This document shows positions 18,601 to 27,922 of a stretch of 64,000 bases of DNA, in pieces. The stretch is from IMG/VR virus record IMGVR_UViG_3300028887_000067, positions 1 to 64,000 of that record; one strand, given 5' to 3'. The notes beneath the pieces are model-generated. The model was given only the letters and a program-made list of their open reading frames with translations. It ran no database searches and had not been told where the DNA came from. A program made the translations under genes and the position numbers. Origin of the DNA: a virus (Duplodnaviria; Caudoviricetes). Position 1 is the stretch's first letter, and the number at the start of each line of letters is the position of its first letter.

Positions 18601-19942
18601 GAATGAACAGCGGTTTAAGCGAATACGAACCCTCAACCTTGTCGATACTCTGGTTGATTACGAAATGGTGGCGGTTGTAGAACTTCCTTACTAGGCGGTC
18701 GTCCTCCACCTCATCCCTCATCAGGTTGCCTACGGGGGTCGATACGCCCGGCACATTGACGCCGTTCTTGACCAGCGTGACGTTGTTGGCACAATTTGCA
18801 TTGCTGAACACGTGAGTAGTGTCCGTACTGTCGGTAAACGGCCAGTCGCGAGGCAGATTGTCCGGCGTGTCTTCGGTAGTCGCCATAGACCAAGTCATCC
18901 AAGGATGGCACACTGCGTCCTCTTCCTCGTCCTCCTTGACGGCTACGCGACGCTCGAACGCGGACGACATCCCCACCATGAACGCCCCGAGGCCGAAGCC
19001 GTTGACATAGACGGGAAAACCCTTCCTGTTTCCGATATCGACTATACCGCTGGACAGGAACCAATCGATGAAGGAACCCCTGCAGGAGCCCATATCGGAA
19101 AACACGCCGAACCCAGTGACCGGCCCGACCTTCCCCTGCACGTAGTCGTGAATCTCGTCGTGAGCGTAAGTCTTCCTGAAATGCGGGCCGCAACAGGTGC
19201 CGACGTTGTCGAGCGCCGTCGGATCCGACAGAACCTCGTCCAGGTCGGCGGGAGTCGCTTCACCCATGCTTGCGCGAATATAGGCGAACACCCCGTTTCC
19301 GGCCCTGTATACGCCGTTGCCCACCGCAGACCCCGGCTCCTGTCCGGTAAGCTCAACAACGACAGGCGTGTCCGGAAGCTTGACCTTCACGGCGAACACA
19401 CGCGCCGATACATCCGACGGCATGTCGAAGCTGTTGTCGACCGAACTCAAGGTCGCTTTAAGCACATTGCCGTCATTGTCGTCGACATCCAATGTCTCAT
19501 TGGTAATCAGTTGCGTCTCGGTGAGCGGGTCGTCAGTACCGACACCGCGCACAAGCGTCATTACGCACCCATCAAGGCCGCTGAAATCGTCGGCCATCGT
19601 AAGGGTAAGATTGTCGGAAGCGAAATCCAACTTGCCAACCGGAATCGTCAGCTCCGTCCCGTCGTCGTTAGAGACGATGACATTGACCGTGGAACGGAAT
19701 AGCGCCTGAATATCTCCGGACCCGTGAACCGAGTCGAAATCGACCGACACGTCCAAGGGAGGCTCGCACCCGTCGGAGCCGTCGGCACACTCGCACGTTC
19801 CGTCGTTGCGGACGCCGCTCTCATTAGCGACAGGAAAACCCAACGCGCTCAGGGTAACATCGCCGTTCGGGAGGACCTCGGTCTCGCGCTCGGGCCAGGT
19901 CACGTAGTTGTGTATCTTCTCGATATCGGCAGTCTCTGACAT
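15692..19942 (-). CDS. Large virion structural protein (about 1416 aa; baseplate/fibre region)
   Basis: Late box at 19966-19972; acidic, beta-rich; shares motifs with 20444..22318. Confidence 0.7.
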   Translation of the reverse strand: MSETADIEKIHNYVTWPERETEVLPNGDVTLSALGFPVANESGVRNDGTCECADGSDGCEPPLDVSVDFDSVHGSGDIQALFRSTVNVIVSNDDGTELTIPVGKLDFASDNLTLTMADDFSGLDGCVMTLVRGVGTDDPLTETQLITNETLDVDDNDGNVLKATLSSVDNSFDMPSDVSARVFAVKVKLPDTPVVVELTGQEPGSAVGNGVYRAGNGVFAYIRASMGEATPADLDEVLSDPTALDNVGTCCGPHFRKTYAHDEIHDYVQGKVGPVTGFGVFSDMGSCRGSFIDWFLSSGIVDIGNRKGFPVYVNGFGLGAFMVGMSSAFERRVAVKEDEEEDAVCHPWMTWSMATTEDTPDNLPRDWPFTDSTDTTHVFSNANCANNVTLVKNGVNVPGVSTPVGNLMRDEVEDDRLVRKFYNRHHFVINQSIDKVEGSYSLKPLFIHLPAPIDTEDGETYEITVSIQNIPEEAASSSADNADLSAYYAAMSQPRVYVLGGRQQFSNRKIPCTVEKMSSYGTDLRYDVVLSKPALDVAGEALPDGTQVRANIAVSLDGKSLPSITAFGDISYDGTDMTIQCTGKLPVDRQYYREGVSMYVCGIAYLADAEDNPSDERMGLVRDDKLLGEVTGSGTPNAFDQYNKFFSIDEKEGHTAFPHVDRRYLLATVYQTATGTFPWRMNGRKKIQRLDRVATDFTRSSDILQKVYNSDKAMVTNVLFDGIARDEGDLLTTPDVSPVSYAKTVSWNNLASILQVSLPESLFDAPVTAPYGNPVRQACEAVRNFTSDLYRMRAVLSGADYTPTAYSVETRSSWPSGGATIIGDSGVWAPNHTIGNDSIEADIMRSTLRSLPEYVVYADRYAPGDLLKPTDGADSNLFRYNDGFYAYAETAPYLNYGDRLASSAAVSENDCDLIGNPAAGMVFSDNSVVKSLIAKGHIRSLEQKQLLGDLRRYADVSLKVDLTGYTDIGNMPDECFSPFTKIEYRDGFPIPDVGELTLTGAQKQFLAFDAVQFYSMGLDMVSSRMPYSSSKALADFVAKYVPARGADMPIRFYKGRRIALANGELPADTDPIYKKNITRVQGACGEVDENFLTHYIDDLFVKTENVTADPNVDYVDIPGVSIAATCAPYETPNEVDLCAGKTYTRVRMQFTFSQRAGRWYTTEYRQYPCNYLSPLYGNDALTARAPSIYDEDGKMCVVENRLGSGETTATRYLWRNSACTGLDNYRAVMYAPYSSYPPMDITLGCVPYMFETWPYDANGKLDSSLVLERDTGGARPEMSRLYARPWKEYSDGGIGLYPPADCLGGHKDATDGGVQANFWSVRQFIRPATSILEGTDIPKYIDIDHYDENDSYRSGGDESDPTLYSMFDFPKKAHPEYIIPSSVETINYILYRGVPEDRDQVGPISGNQFVFGYGSN

Positions 19943-19965
19943 GTTCGGTTCCAATAGCTATTCGG

Positions 19966-19972
19966 AGTTTAT
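19966..19972 (-). promoter_or_regulatory. Late promoter box ATAAACT
   Basis: Upstream of ATG 19942. Confidence 0.7.
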
Positions 19973-20051
19973 ACGATTTTCCGGGCACATTCCCTAGCCA
20001 CGGCAAAGCCTTTTGCTATATTGAACAGGAAAAAACAAGCGAGGACACACC

Positions 20052-20447
20052 ATGATAAGCCAATTTTTCTATTTGCCGGCCACGCAGAAGGCCACAGAGG
20101 AAGAAAGAATCAAGTTCACCCAAGAACGCCTTGCCGAAACCAAGGAATGGCTCGCGCACGACTTCGTCCGTACACAACAGGGGTCGTACAGCATCGCCAA
20201 CATGAACGGCGAGATAGTCGGATGGAAGCTCTTGATCACACGCCGCAACTGGGTCTACATCAACCGAAACTGGTGGAACTGGGCCGTTGAGTGGTTCTGC
20301 ACCGAGCACAAGTGCAAGCTGGCTGAAACAGACCTCCTATACCTCGTCATGCAACTATACAGAGAACGCGGCTTCGACGTGAAGCCGCTAGACGGATCTC
20401 TCTGCGTGACTTTGTTCGTTCCATTGAACTGCGACCAAGCAGCCTAG
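20052..20447 (+). CDS. Hypothetical protein (131 aa)
   Basis: GAGGA RBS; GCTATATT box at 20015-20022. Confidence 0.75.
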   Translation: MISQFFYLPATQKATEEERIKFTQERLAETKEWLAHDFVRTQQGSYSIANMNGEIVGWKLLITRRNWVYINRNWWNWAVEWFCTEHKCKLAETDLLYLVMQLYRERGFDVKPLDGSLCVTLFVPLNCDQAA

Positions 20448-22318
20448 GTCGGCGAAGTCCTCGGATCTTCCTGCAACTGGTTCCTGTAGTTCTCGCTGAC
20501 GTGAATTGGCGACAAGTCGTAGTTAGAGAAAGGATTCTGGAACAGCGGGAAGCCGGCGGACTGCACGTCGTAGGCCTTCTTGTCCATCGGGTCAACGAAC
20601 CCGAATGGCGAAAGAAGTATGTGGTCCGGAAGCTGGTAATAGTCGTAGGTTTTCCAACGGTTCTCCTCGGACGAATAGATGAACGAAGCCTTGTACACCA
20701 CCGGACGATCGGGAACACCGACGTTCTCGTCGTGGACATAGAAGTTGAGCAACCGAGCCATGCTGAACTTCGCTATCGGAGTGACCGTATCTACGCTCAT
20801 ACCGCTATCCTTATAGTAGGACCAATCCCTGACGCTATACACGTAAACCTGCGACTTATTGATGATAAGGTCGTTGAACTCACGTCCATCGTAGGCATGG
20901 TTCGGCCAAATGTTAATAACGAAGTCGAAGGTCATTCCGTCCGAAGGCTTCTTGACAACCTCCACCCCGTTTTCCTCCACGGTCACCTCGCAAGGCAACA
21001 TTATGCAGAGGCCCTGGTCAAGGTCGGGGCCGTCGTAGTTGATGATGTTGCGCTGCTTGACCGACGGGTCAGCGTGGCTGAATACCATGACTGCCGAGTA
21101 CGGCTGGAGCGAATAGGCATTGAGGTTCTCGTTGACATTGTTGCACACGCCAACCCACTTCGGGGCGTCACCCGGCCATTCCACGTAGTTGGAGGTGGTG
21201 AACACGTCAACCCCAGAGTGCTCCCTGGTACGGCCTCCGTCGATCTTGACGGAACCAATTGCGACAATCTCGGTACGTTCGCCGGATTCGGCGGACGAAA
21301 TGTTCTTCAGTACGAACCCGTTGATGTCGGTATCGACACGGAAACGCAGGACACCATCGCCGTTCACAGTGTAACGGGTCGGCTTCAGGTAGACCGGCTT
21401 CCAGAAGTCGGTATTGTATCGGCGCACATAGTCATTTCCGTCATCGGCGTCGTTGAACGGCGCCATCGTGCTCGGGTGCTCGTTAATATAGACGAAGAAC
21501 TCACCATGGAAATAGTAACACTCGCCATAGCTCGCGGCGGGTTGCTCGTCGTCACCTTCAGTCGCGTCTGGGTAAACATCGCAATAGACCTCGTAACCGC
21601 TCGCCGGGTTGTTCACGGGCTTGTTCGGGTCACCCTGCACGGTCTCCTGCTTGATATAAACCTTGCCGTCATACAGGACCAGCTCGGGACTGCTTCCGGA
21701 CGGGACGACTCCCGCAGTTGTCGTCACGTCCAACACCACGTCGACCAAATTAGTCTGATCTATCGGCGTCCCCGCCGTCACATCCTCGTCGACACGGCAT
21801 AGCTTTACTGTCTTTACTGCTGGATCGTCGTCGTAATACCTGACATACACCCCTTTCGCGTAATCCGAGGAGAAAGTCGTATGCGAAATATATTCATTGT
21901 AGCCGGCATCCCCGTACACCGGGTTAGGAACGGTATCAAACTCGTCATAGAGGGAGGCGTCCTCGTACAATTTCCACTGCACACCACCCAAATCGCGTGC
22001 GCTCACCCGAAACACGATTCCCTCGTTAATGGCGGCAACGATACGGTAACGGCTGTTGTAGGCAAAAGACATTCCGCCGAGCAGCTTCTCCGAGAACACC
22101 GAACCGGATGCCTTCGTGTAGTAATACCGGGTGAATAACTCGATATCGCGGAAGAACGGCGCCGAATTGGTCATCAGGCGGATGGTAATCTTGTCATCCT
22201 TGCTATTGTTCCAGTTGACAAGGCCATTAAGTATCGACTCGTAGTTATGCTGGGACTGGGCGATGTCGCCCGTCAGGTGTTCCAGCGGATTTATGTCAAG
22301 GATGCTATCGTTTTCCAT
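20444..22318 (-). CDS. Putative virion structural protein (624 aa)
   Basis: Immediately downstream of a fibre gene; D/Y/V-rich. Confidence 0.7.
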   Translation of the reverse strand: MENDSILDINPLEHLTGDIAQSQHNYESILNGLVNWNNSKDDKITIRLMTNSAPFFRDIELFTRYYYTKASGSVFSEKLLGGMSFAYNSRYRIVAAINEGIVFRVSARDLGGVQWKLYEDASLYDEFDTVPNPVYGDAGYNEYISHTTFSSDYAKGVYVRYYDDDPAVKTVKLCRVDEDVTAGTPIDQTNLVDVVLDVTTTAGVVPSGSSPELVLYDGKVYIKQETVQGDPNKPVNNPASGYEVYCDVYPDATEGDDEQPAASYGECYYFHGEFFVYINEHPSTMAPFNDADDGNDYVRRYNTDFWKPVYLKPTRYTVNGDGVLRFRVDTDINGFVLKNISSAESGERTEIVAIGSVKIDGGRTREHSGVDVFTTSNYVEWPGDAPKWVGVCNNVNENLNAYSLQPYSAVMVFSHADPSVKQRNIINYDGPDLDQGLCIMLPCEVTVEENGVEVVKKPSDGMTFDFVINIWPNHAYDGREFNDLIINKSQVYVYSVRDWSYYKDSGMSVDTVTPIAKFSMARLLNFYVHDENVGVPDRPVVYKASFIYSSEENRWKTYDYYQLPDHILLSPFGFVDPMDKKAYDVQSAGFPLFQNPFSNYDLSPIHVSENYRNQLQEDPRTSPT

Positions 22319-22334
22319 TTCTTACCAGCCTTGC

Positions 22335-25300
22335 TTACGAAACCAAATTGTACGCGGTGCTTTGAAGAATCTGCCACGGAAGTCGCGTCTTGGAATCCGG
22401 GCCAGCAAAGAACTGTGCCGAATCGCCATAGGTAATACTGGACACATTTCCACCTATCAGCTTCAGGGAACTGACGATGCTATCCGCATCGGCCGACTCG
22501 CTCCATATAGCGCAGCTGAACATACTCAGTTTTTCTACATAAAGTTTCAGGTGATTCCATTCCGACGTGTCCGGCGCAGAAGACTCGCGCCTGCTCATCA
22601 CGGAGATCCGGCCAACAATCGAATCAGAACCTTCGGACGACAGAGAGAACGCCAAGACGCCCTGCCCGTTGCAACCGGACACGGAATTTTTCCAAGTGAC
22701 AGAAAACTCCGCGCCTGCGTATACAGCGTCAAGGTCGGAGAACTGCAGTATGCAGAGACGCTGGAACTTCTTGGTAGCGTCAAGCGTCTCAGGGGACTTA
22801 CCACGATACTGCCCGTCGACCTTCTGAACGTCAGTAAGGTAGGCAAGCTCCTCGGCGATGTAGTTAGTGTCCGCACGCTGGGGATTCTTGTGAATATCCT
22901 TGTAGAAGTTGACAAGGCGAGTCTGTACCATAACACGGGGCACCTTTCCGCCCTTGTGCTGGTTCTCGCCGCAAGTGACCATAGCCGGAATAACGAGCTC
23001 AGCGGTCGACCACACGAACGCCTCGTCCTCGATGGAATAGCGGATGTACTGCGAACTGTTGAGCACGTGGTAAGCGTTGACGTAGCTCGAGTTCTCCCCG
23101 CGCACCATGTGCGTAGAGCTGTCCTTGCGCATAAAGTAATGGCCAGGATGTTTGATATACGAAGAGTTCTGCGGGAAGTCCCTGCTTCCCATCGGATAGT
23201 CCATAATACCCATATTGCTGTGGGTACTGGCAGTCAACGCGCCAAACGAATTGCCCAAAAGGGTCAGCCTACCATAATTCGCGTTGAGATAGTTGGTGGT
23301 ATGGAGACGGATTCCGCCGGTTCCGTGAATACCAACGCGATCCTTGGCCCACAGTGTCACGGAGTAGTCGTTCTTGGCGCCGGTCGATATCCATTCGCTC
23401 TGGAATACCTTCCAGCTATTCTCCATCGTAATCTCCTCGGATACGTCGGAACGGCCGGAACCAGCGTGCATTGCGACACCGCCTTCCTTGGAATACAACT
23501 CGGCAAGAATACGATGGCTGTTCGGATGGCGCTCCGTCGAAATCGGGTGAGCCAGCAGACCGCTATCGCCGATACCGAGGAACGTGTAGCCCGTATGGAC
23601 ACGGAGCACGGCGCGAGTCTTGTTGTCGCGGTCGCTGTCCAGCGAGTAAGCGTAGACGCCACGATACTTCTCTATGCCACGGTTGATATAGTCCTCGTCG
23701 TATTTATTGTATGTCGAGCTGGACGACTCTCCGTGGACATACTGGGACGCCGTGGAAAAATTCGAGATTCCGAAGAAAACATAATTTGTATTTGTCGCCA
23801 TGTAGGAATAGCTGTCGGCCACGACCATGGCGTTATTCCTAGTCGTATCGTAATTGACATAACTGCTTCCGTTACCGACGATGAACAACGGACGCATAAG
23901 CTCGTAGTTCGAGTTACCGACCACGGTCTGGTGGCTTCCACCGGCAACCGTGTTGTAGCCAAGTGCGACCGACGCGGACGAGTCGACCCTGTGCATATCG
24001 ACAAATACGCCCAGCGGTCCAACACGCGGAACCTCCACGGCGGAAGAACGAGCCATGTAACCGGCGCTCACCTCGCCGCTAAATCCTGGAATACGATTCA
24101 CGGCGGAATCAAACGACACCACGAGACCGTAACTCCTCATCTCGAGGTCCGTCACCGTCCTCGTAATTGCACGACCGATGTTGGCCGTCCCCTTCTGACC
24201 CACGACCGTAGTCCTGAAGATCTTCACCCGGTCACCGACCTTGAAGTCGGCATATCCCCTAGGAGCCCCGTCATAGCCAGACGTTATACGATTACGCGTG
24301 CGACCATAGCCAGAAGTGGCAAGCTCGAGATTAGTGATGAGCACCTGGTTCGGGGCGATAACACCCTCGGGGTCGGCGCCGTTGGCCGAGGAACCCGTCT
24401 GCTGGAGCACGTACACGCACCCGGCGTCGCCCGGAATAGACGGGGCGCACTCGGTCTCCGCGCCAGCACTCGGTTCCTTCACGTAGCGACGGAAATAGAA
24501 CGGGAAACCGCCGACCGAGTTACCCTCGTTGGCGGCAAAGCCGTTGTCGCCGACCACGGCATTGGACCGGCCTCCACCGACCATTCCGCCGGTGCCAACC
24601 TCGTTGTTCGTATATCCGCCGACAATACCGCCGGTATAGCCATACACGAAATTCTGAAACCCGCCAACGGCCGCGCCGGCACTACTGGAAACCTGGTTGC
24701 CGTAGCCATACGCAAACGAGCCTTGATCAAACGCATAAGAATCCACACCGCCGGCCAGCGACCAGAGGCGACCCGAACTGTAGTTCTCCTCACGACGTTC
24801 GGCCACTTCCCTGTCCTGCAACCCGACGACGGCGCGGCCCGCATTGACGACGAACTTATCGTCGACATCGAAGAACCAGTCGCGACCTCCGCCGATATGG
24901 GAGGCATTGTCTCCGCTATAGCCGAGCACATCCATGCTGTAATAACCACGGGGAAACAGGTAAGTCTCGAACTGGTCGAAATGCTTCGTCGACAGGTTCT
25001 CGTCGTAAATCGGAGTCCGGATATTGATAGGGATCGGTGCCGTATTGGTGAACAGCTTCGGGTTCACCTGATTCTTTACCTTGTCGACCCAGTAAGATGA
25101 ATCAGTGACGGAAACATCCTCCGAAGTCATCGACATGATCTTGGAATGCTTCACCACCGCGTCGGTCACCGGCGTGTCGCTGGACATTCCGGACTTGCCG
25201 TAATACTGGGCGTCAAGCTTAGCCAGGATGGTGTCAAACTGCTCGACATCGAAACGGGTGTATTCCCACTCGGTGTAGAACGAGCTCAGCATGAAGATGT

Positions 25301-25460
25301 CGGAACGGGTCATCTCGACGGTCTGTCCCGCACGGTCAACCTTCCAGCCGGTACTCGAACCGGCGGCCATCACCGACCTGATAAGAGCATTCAGCACGCT
25401 CCTCGAGTTGTAAGTCAGCGCATCCAGCTGCTTCGTAAGCTCATGTAGATTAGTCGACAT
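22335..25460 (-). CDS. Tail fibre/spike with YadA-head-like beta-roll repeats (about 1041 aa)
   Basis: Repeats SFAYGYGNQV / AAVGGFQNFV / GIVGGYTNNE / GMVGGGRSNAV, and ALGYNTVAGGSHQTVVG...LFIVGNG...RNNAMVV. Confidence 0.72.
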   Translation of the reverse strand: MSTNLHELTKQLDALTYNSRSVLNALIRSVMAAGSSTGWKVDRAGQTVEMTRSDIFMLSSFYTEWEYTRFDVEQFDTILAKLDAQYYGKSGMSSDTPVTDAVVKHSKIMSMTSEDVSVTDSSYWVDKVKNQVNPKLFTNTAPIPINIRTPIYDENLSTKHFDQFETYLFPRGYYSMDVLGYSGDNASHIGGGRDWFFDVDDKFVVNAGRAVVGLQDREVAERREENYSSGRLWSLAGGVDSYAFDQGSFAYGYGNQVSSSAGAAVGGFQNFVYGYTGGIVGGYTNNEVGTGGMVGGGRSNAVVGDNGFAANEGNSVGGFPFYFRRYVKEPSAGAETECAPSIPGDAGCVYVLQQTGSSANGADPEGVIAPNQVLITNLELATSGYGRTRNRITSGYDGAPRGYADFKVGDRVKIFRTTVVGQKGTANIGRAITRTVTDLEMRSYGLVVSFDSAVNRIPGFSGEVSAGYMARSSAVEVPRVGPLGVFVDMHRVDSSASVALGYNTVAGGSHQTVVGNSNYELMRPLFIVGNGSSYVNYDTTRNNAMVVADSYSYMATNTNYVFFGISNFSTASQYVHGESSSSTYNKYDEDYINRGIEKYRGVYAYSLDSDRDNKTRAVLRVHTGYTFLGIGDSGLLAHPISTERHPNSHRILAELYSKEGGVAMHAGSGRSDVSEEITMENSWKVFQSEWISTGAKNDYSVTLWAKDRVGIHGTGGIRLHTTNYLNANYGRLTLLGNSFGALTASTHSNMGIMDYPMGSRDFPQNSSYIKHPGHYFMRKDSSTHMVRGENSSYVNAYHVLNSSQYIRYSIEDEAFVWSTAELVIPAMVTCGENQHKGGKVPRVMVQTRLVNFYKDIHKNPQRADTNYIAEELAYLTDVQKVDGQYRGKSPETLDATKKFQRLCILQFSDLDAVYAGAEFSVTWKNSVSGCNGQGVLAFSLSSEGSDSIVGRISVMSRRESSAPDTSEWNHLKLYVEKLSMFSCAIWSESADADSIVSSLKLIGGNVSSITYGDSAQFFAGPDSKTRLPWQILQSTAYNLVS

Positions 25461-25483
25461 ATTCAATCCTAGCGTTTGCTCGT

Positions 25484-25490
25484 AGTTTAT
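25484..25490 (-). promoter_or_regulatory. Late promoter box ATAAACT
   Basis: Upstream of ATG 25460. Confidence 0.7.
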
Positions 25491-25505
25491 AAGGTTGAGA
25501 AGGCG

Positions 25506-25528
25506 AAAAACCGGCCCGATCAGGCCGG
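25506..25528 (-). terminator. Terminator after the GT2-TPR gene
   Basis: Minus strand CCGGCC-TGATCG-GGCCGG-TTTTT. Confidence 0.7.
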
Positions 25529-25535
25529 CAAATAT

Positions 25536-26666
25536 CTAGTTGCTGTACTCGTGCATCTTGGTACCGAAATCGCCCAGGCCGGCAAACCCGCCGACACGGG
25601 CCGAATAGTCGACCCCTCCGTAGTAGTTTTCCACGCGTTCGGGAAGCATCGGCGTCATATTCGAATACTCGGCACGCTTCATCGCCTCGTTATACATCTC
25701 GATATGGCGATGCCTGTCGTAAATTTCCGGGTTGATCCACATATGGGACGGCCTGATGACGGCGTTGACGGCGAGCAGCTTCTCCAAGCACTTAGCCGCC
25801 ATAGCGTAGTCGCCCACCGCGTACTGGTACTTCGCCCTGTAGTAGTACCCCTCTGGCCTTCCGGGCAGCTCCTCGATCATCTGTATCGAACGGGCGCCCA
25901 TCGTCGCGAGGTCATCCTGACGGAGAGCGATGTCGCACAGGGCCTCCAGCGACTTGGCGCGTTCCTCGTTGAGCATGTCGGGGAACTCGTCCACGGTGAC
26001 GGAATACCATTCCTTCGCAGTTTCGAAGTCGTTGATGTCCCGTGCGGAGTTCCCGAGGTAGAAGGCCGACCTCTGCGTATGCTGAAGGTTCCAGTCCTTC
26101 ATAAGCGCCTTGACGTTACGGGACAGGTCACGGTACTTCTTGAAGTTGTCCACCATGAACCTGGTCGTCACCACCTGCCCGTCGCGAGCCGTATTGACCA
26201 TATACTCGTGGATACGTCCCTCGAACCGGGCAAAATCCTTCGGCGCGATCCTCACCCTCGGGAAGGCGAACGACCTGTCGACCCTGGTGAGCATCGTTAT
26301 ACTTGCGTGCGGTATGCGACGGACTATCTTGTCAAACGCGTCGCGCACCTTGGGGGCATTCACGACAACGTCGTTCACGTCGACCCACATCACGTAGGGA
26401 CAGGTGGCCATATGGATGGCGTAGTTCTTGGCGCCGCCGAAATCGAATATACCGTCATCGTCGTGGAAGAGGGTGCCGACCTTGTCGAACACCACCCGCG
26501 CCTGCGGGTGCGTCTCGACCCAGTTCTCGATTATTTCGACCGTGCCGTCCTTGGAACCGGTGTCGATGATCACGTACTCGTCCACAAGCGGAAGAAGAGC
26601 GTCGAGACAACGCACGACGCTCGCTTTACCATTGCGGACAACGATACATCCGCTCAAACCGGCCAT
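25536..26666 (-). CDS. GT2 glycosyltransferase with C-terminal TPR-like repeats
   Basis: CIVVRNG, DEYVIIDTGSKDGT, DFGGAKNYA, MWVDVND, FEGRIHE; helical repeats FYLGNS and EGYYYRAK. Confidence 0.88.
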   Translation of the reverse strand: MAGLSGCIVVRNGKASVVRCLDALLPLVDEYVIIDTGSKDGTVEIIENWVETHPQARVVFDKVGTLFHDDDGIFDFGGAKNYAIHMATCPYVMWVDVNDVVVNAPKVRDAFDKIVRRIPHASITMLTRVDRSFAFPRVRIAPKDFARFEGRIHEYMVNTARDGQVVTTRFMVDNFKKYRDLSRNVKALMKDWNLQHTQRSAFYLGNSARDINDFETAKEWYSVTVDEFPDMLNEERAKSLEALCDIALRQDDLATMGARSIQMIEELPGRPEGYYYRAKYQYAVGDYAMAAKCLEKLLAVNAVIRPSHMWINPEIYDRHRHIEMYNEAMKRAEYSNMTPMLPERVENYYGGVDYSARVGGFAGLGDFGTKMHEYSN

Positions 26667-26668
26667 GG

Positions 26669-27196
26669 CTATTCCTTTGTCTCCGCCTTGACGGGAGTTT
26701 CCTCGGGCAAGACGACCATCGGCTCGATCGAATCATAGATACGGCACTCGTTGACGCTGCCGTCGGATTTGATTTCAGGGACCTCGTCGAGAGAGACCAT
26801 GTAAATCTTCACGTCGATGACTTCCTTCAAGAAGGTATCGCGCTCGACCGACATCTTGTTCTCCGCCTCGATAGCATCCTTGTACTCCTCTGCGAGCTTG
26901 CGCAGACGTTCCTGGAGCGCGTTGAAGGCCTCCTCGTTATCCTTGGCCAGCTTACGAAGGCCCAAATCGTTGAACACGCCGGCCTCTCGATACGCGGTTG
27001 TGCGCTTTTTCTCGTACTCGAAGAACTTCGGGTCGACTGGATATGCCTCGAACGTCAACTTCCGCTCGTCCTCGGCCACCTGCTGGTTACGCTTTGCGGC
27101 GTAGTAAAACTTTCCCTTAATCGGACCTTTGAAAATGTACTCCATATCCCTGAGGCACATGCCGAGGTTGATCAGTTTTTCGCGTTCGATTTCCAT
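26669..27196 (-). CDS. Helical hypothetical protein (175 aa), possibly a fibre-assembly chaperone
   Basis: KGKFYYAAKRN pattern typical of small proteins next to phage fibre genes; ACTAATTT box at 27228-27235. Confidence 0.6.
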   Translation of the reverse strand: MEIEREKLINLGMCLRDMEYIFKGPIKGKFYYAAKRNQQVAEDERKLTFEAYPVDPKFFEYEKKRTTAYREAGVFNDLGLRKLAKDNEEAFNALQERLRKLAEEYKDAIEAENKMSVERDTFLKEVIDVKIYMVSLDEVPEIKSDGSVNECRIYDSIEPMVVLPEETPVKAETKE

Positions 27197-27235
27197 CTTT
27201 TCTCGCTTTTTGAATGTTCTATGGTTTAAATTAGT

Positions 27236-27922
27236 TCACTTTCTTACAAACGGGAACAAACCAGCAGATATCGCCCTATTGACGTAGTGTTGTAGCGAAT
27301 CCTTATAGTTCCGATGAGATATCTCGTCACCGCCGACGGCACCCGCCAATACCACCCTATCCGAAAGCCTGACCGAAAGGTTCAATTTAGCGCACTGAAG
27401 ACCCAAAAACTGGTCCTCGCAACCCCAACCAGCAAACGAATCGTCAAAAAGGTTACCATTATTGACCATTTCCACCTTGCGGATAGCCGAAACCTTCATT
27501 GAAAATCCACAGGAATAGAACGGATTGCATAATGTCCCAGTCGACACGGGCCCGATAGCCAACTTTTCCAATCTTTTATCTATCTCGCAAGTGAACAGAT
27601 CTACATCGTGCGACCAGTCTGCATTCCAATCCATAACCGAAACCGGGATACGATCTCCATCATAAAACTCAACGACATCGCCGTCTGCCAATTCATACTT
27701 CGTTTCAAGAAATTTCAAACCCGCATTACGATTAGCAGCCCGATTTCCAGCAGTGGGAACCGTTACGAAAGAGACACTATGTTTGTTGACGGTCGCAATA
27801 TCAGATTCGTCCATTGCGTCAAATACGAATACCATACGAGAAAGCTCGATTGACAGTGTGTCAACGAACTTCCCGATATAATCGCTCTGTTTATGTGAAA
27901 TTATAACAGCGAACCGCATCAA
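27236..27922 (-). CDS. GT2/GT-A family glycosyltransferase (228 aa)
   Basis: RAANRNAG, FYDGD (DxD), SCGFS, FDDSFAGWGCED; ATGA overlap with the fibre gene stop. Confidence 0.85.
   Translation of the reverse strand: MMRFAVIISHKQSDYIGKFVDTLSIELSRMVFVFDAMDESDIATVNKHSVSFVTVPTAGNRAANRNAGLKFLETKYELADGDVVEFYDGDRIPVSVMDWNADWSHDVDLFTCEIDKRLEKLAIGPVSTGTLCNPFYSCGFSMKVSAIRKVEMVNNGNLFDDSFAGWGCEDQFLGLQCAKLNLSVRLSDRVVLAGAVGGDEISHRNYKDSLQHYVNRAISAGLFPFVRK

Noticed and set aside
22263-25100. 945-aa plus-strand ORF, and similar long antisense ORFs at 1493..2437, 20501..21802, 51428..53914 and 59330..60841
   Set aside because: Shadow frames opposite codon-biased real genes; no RBS, promoter box or recognisable motifs
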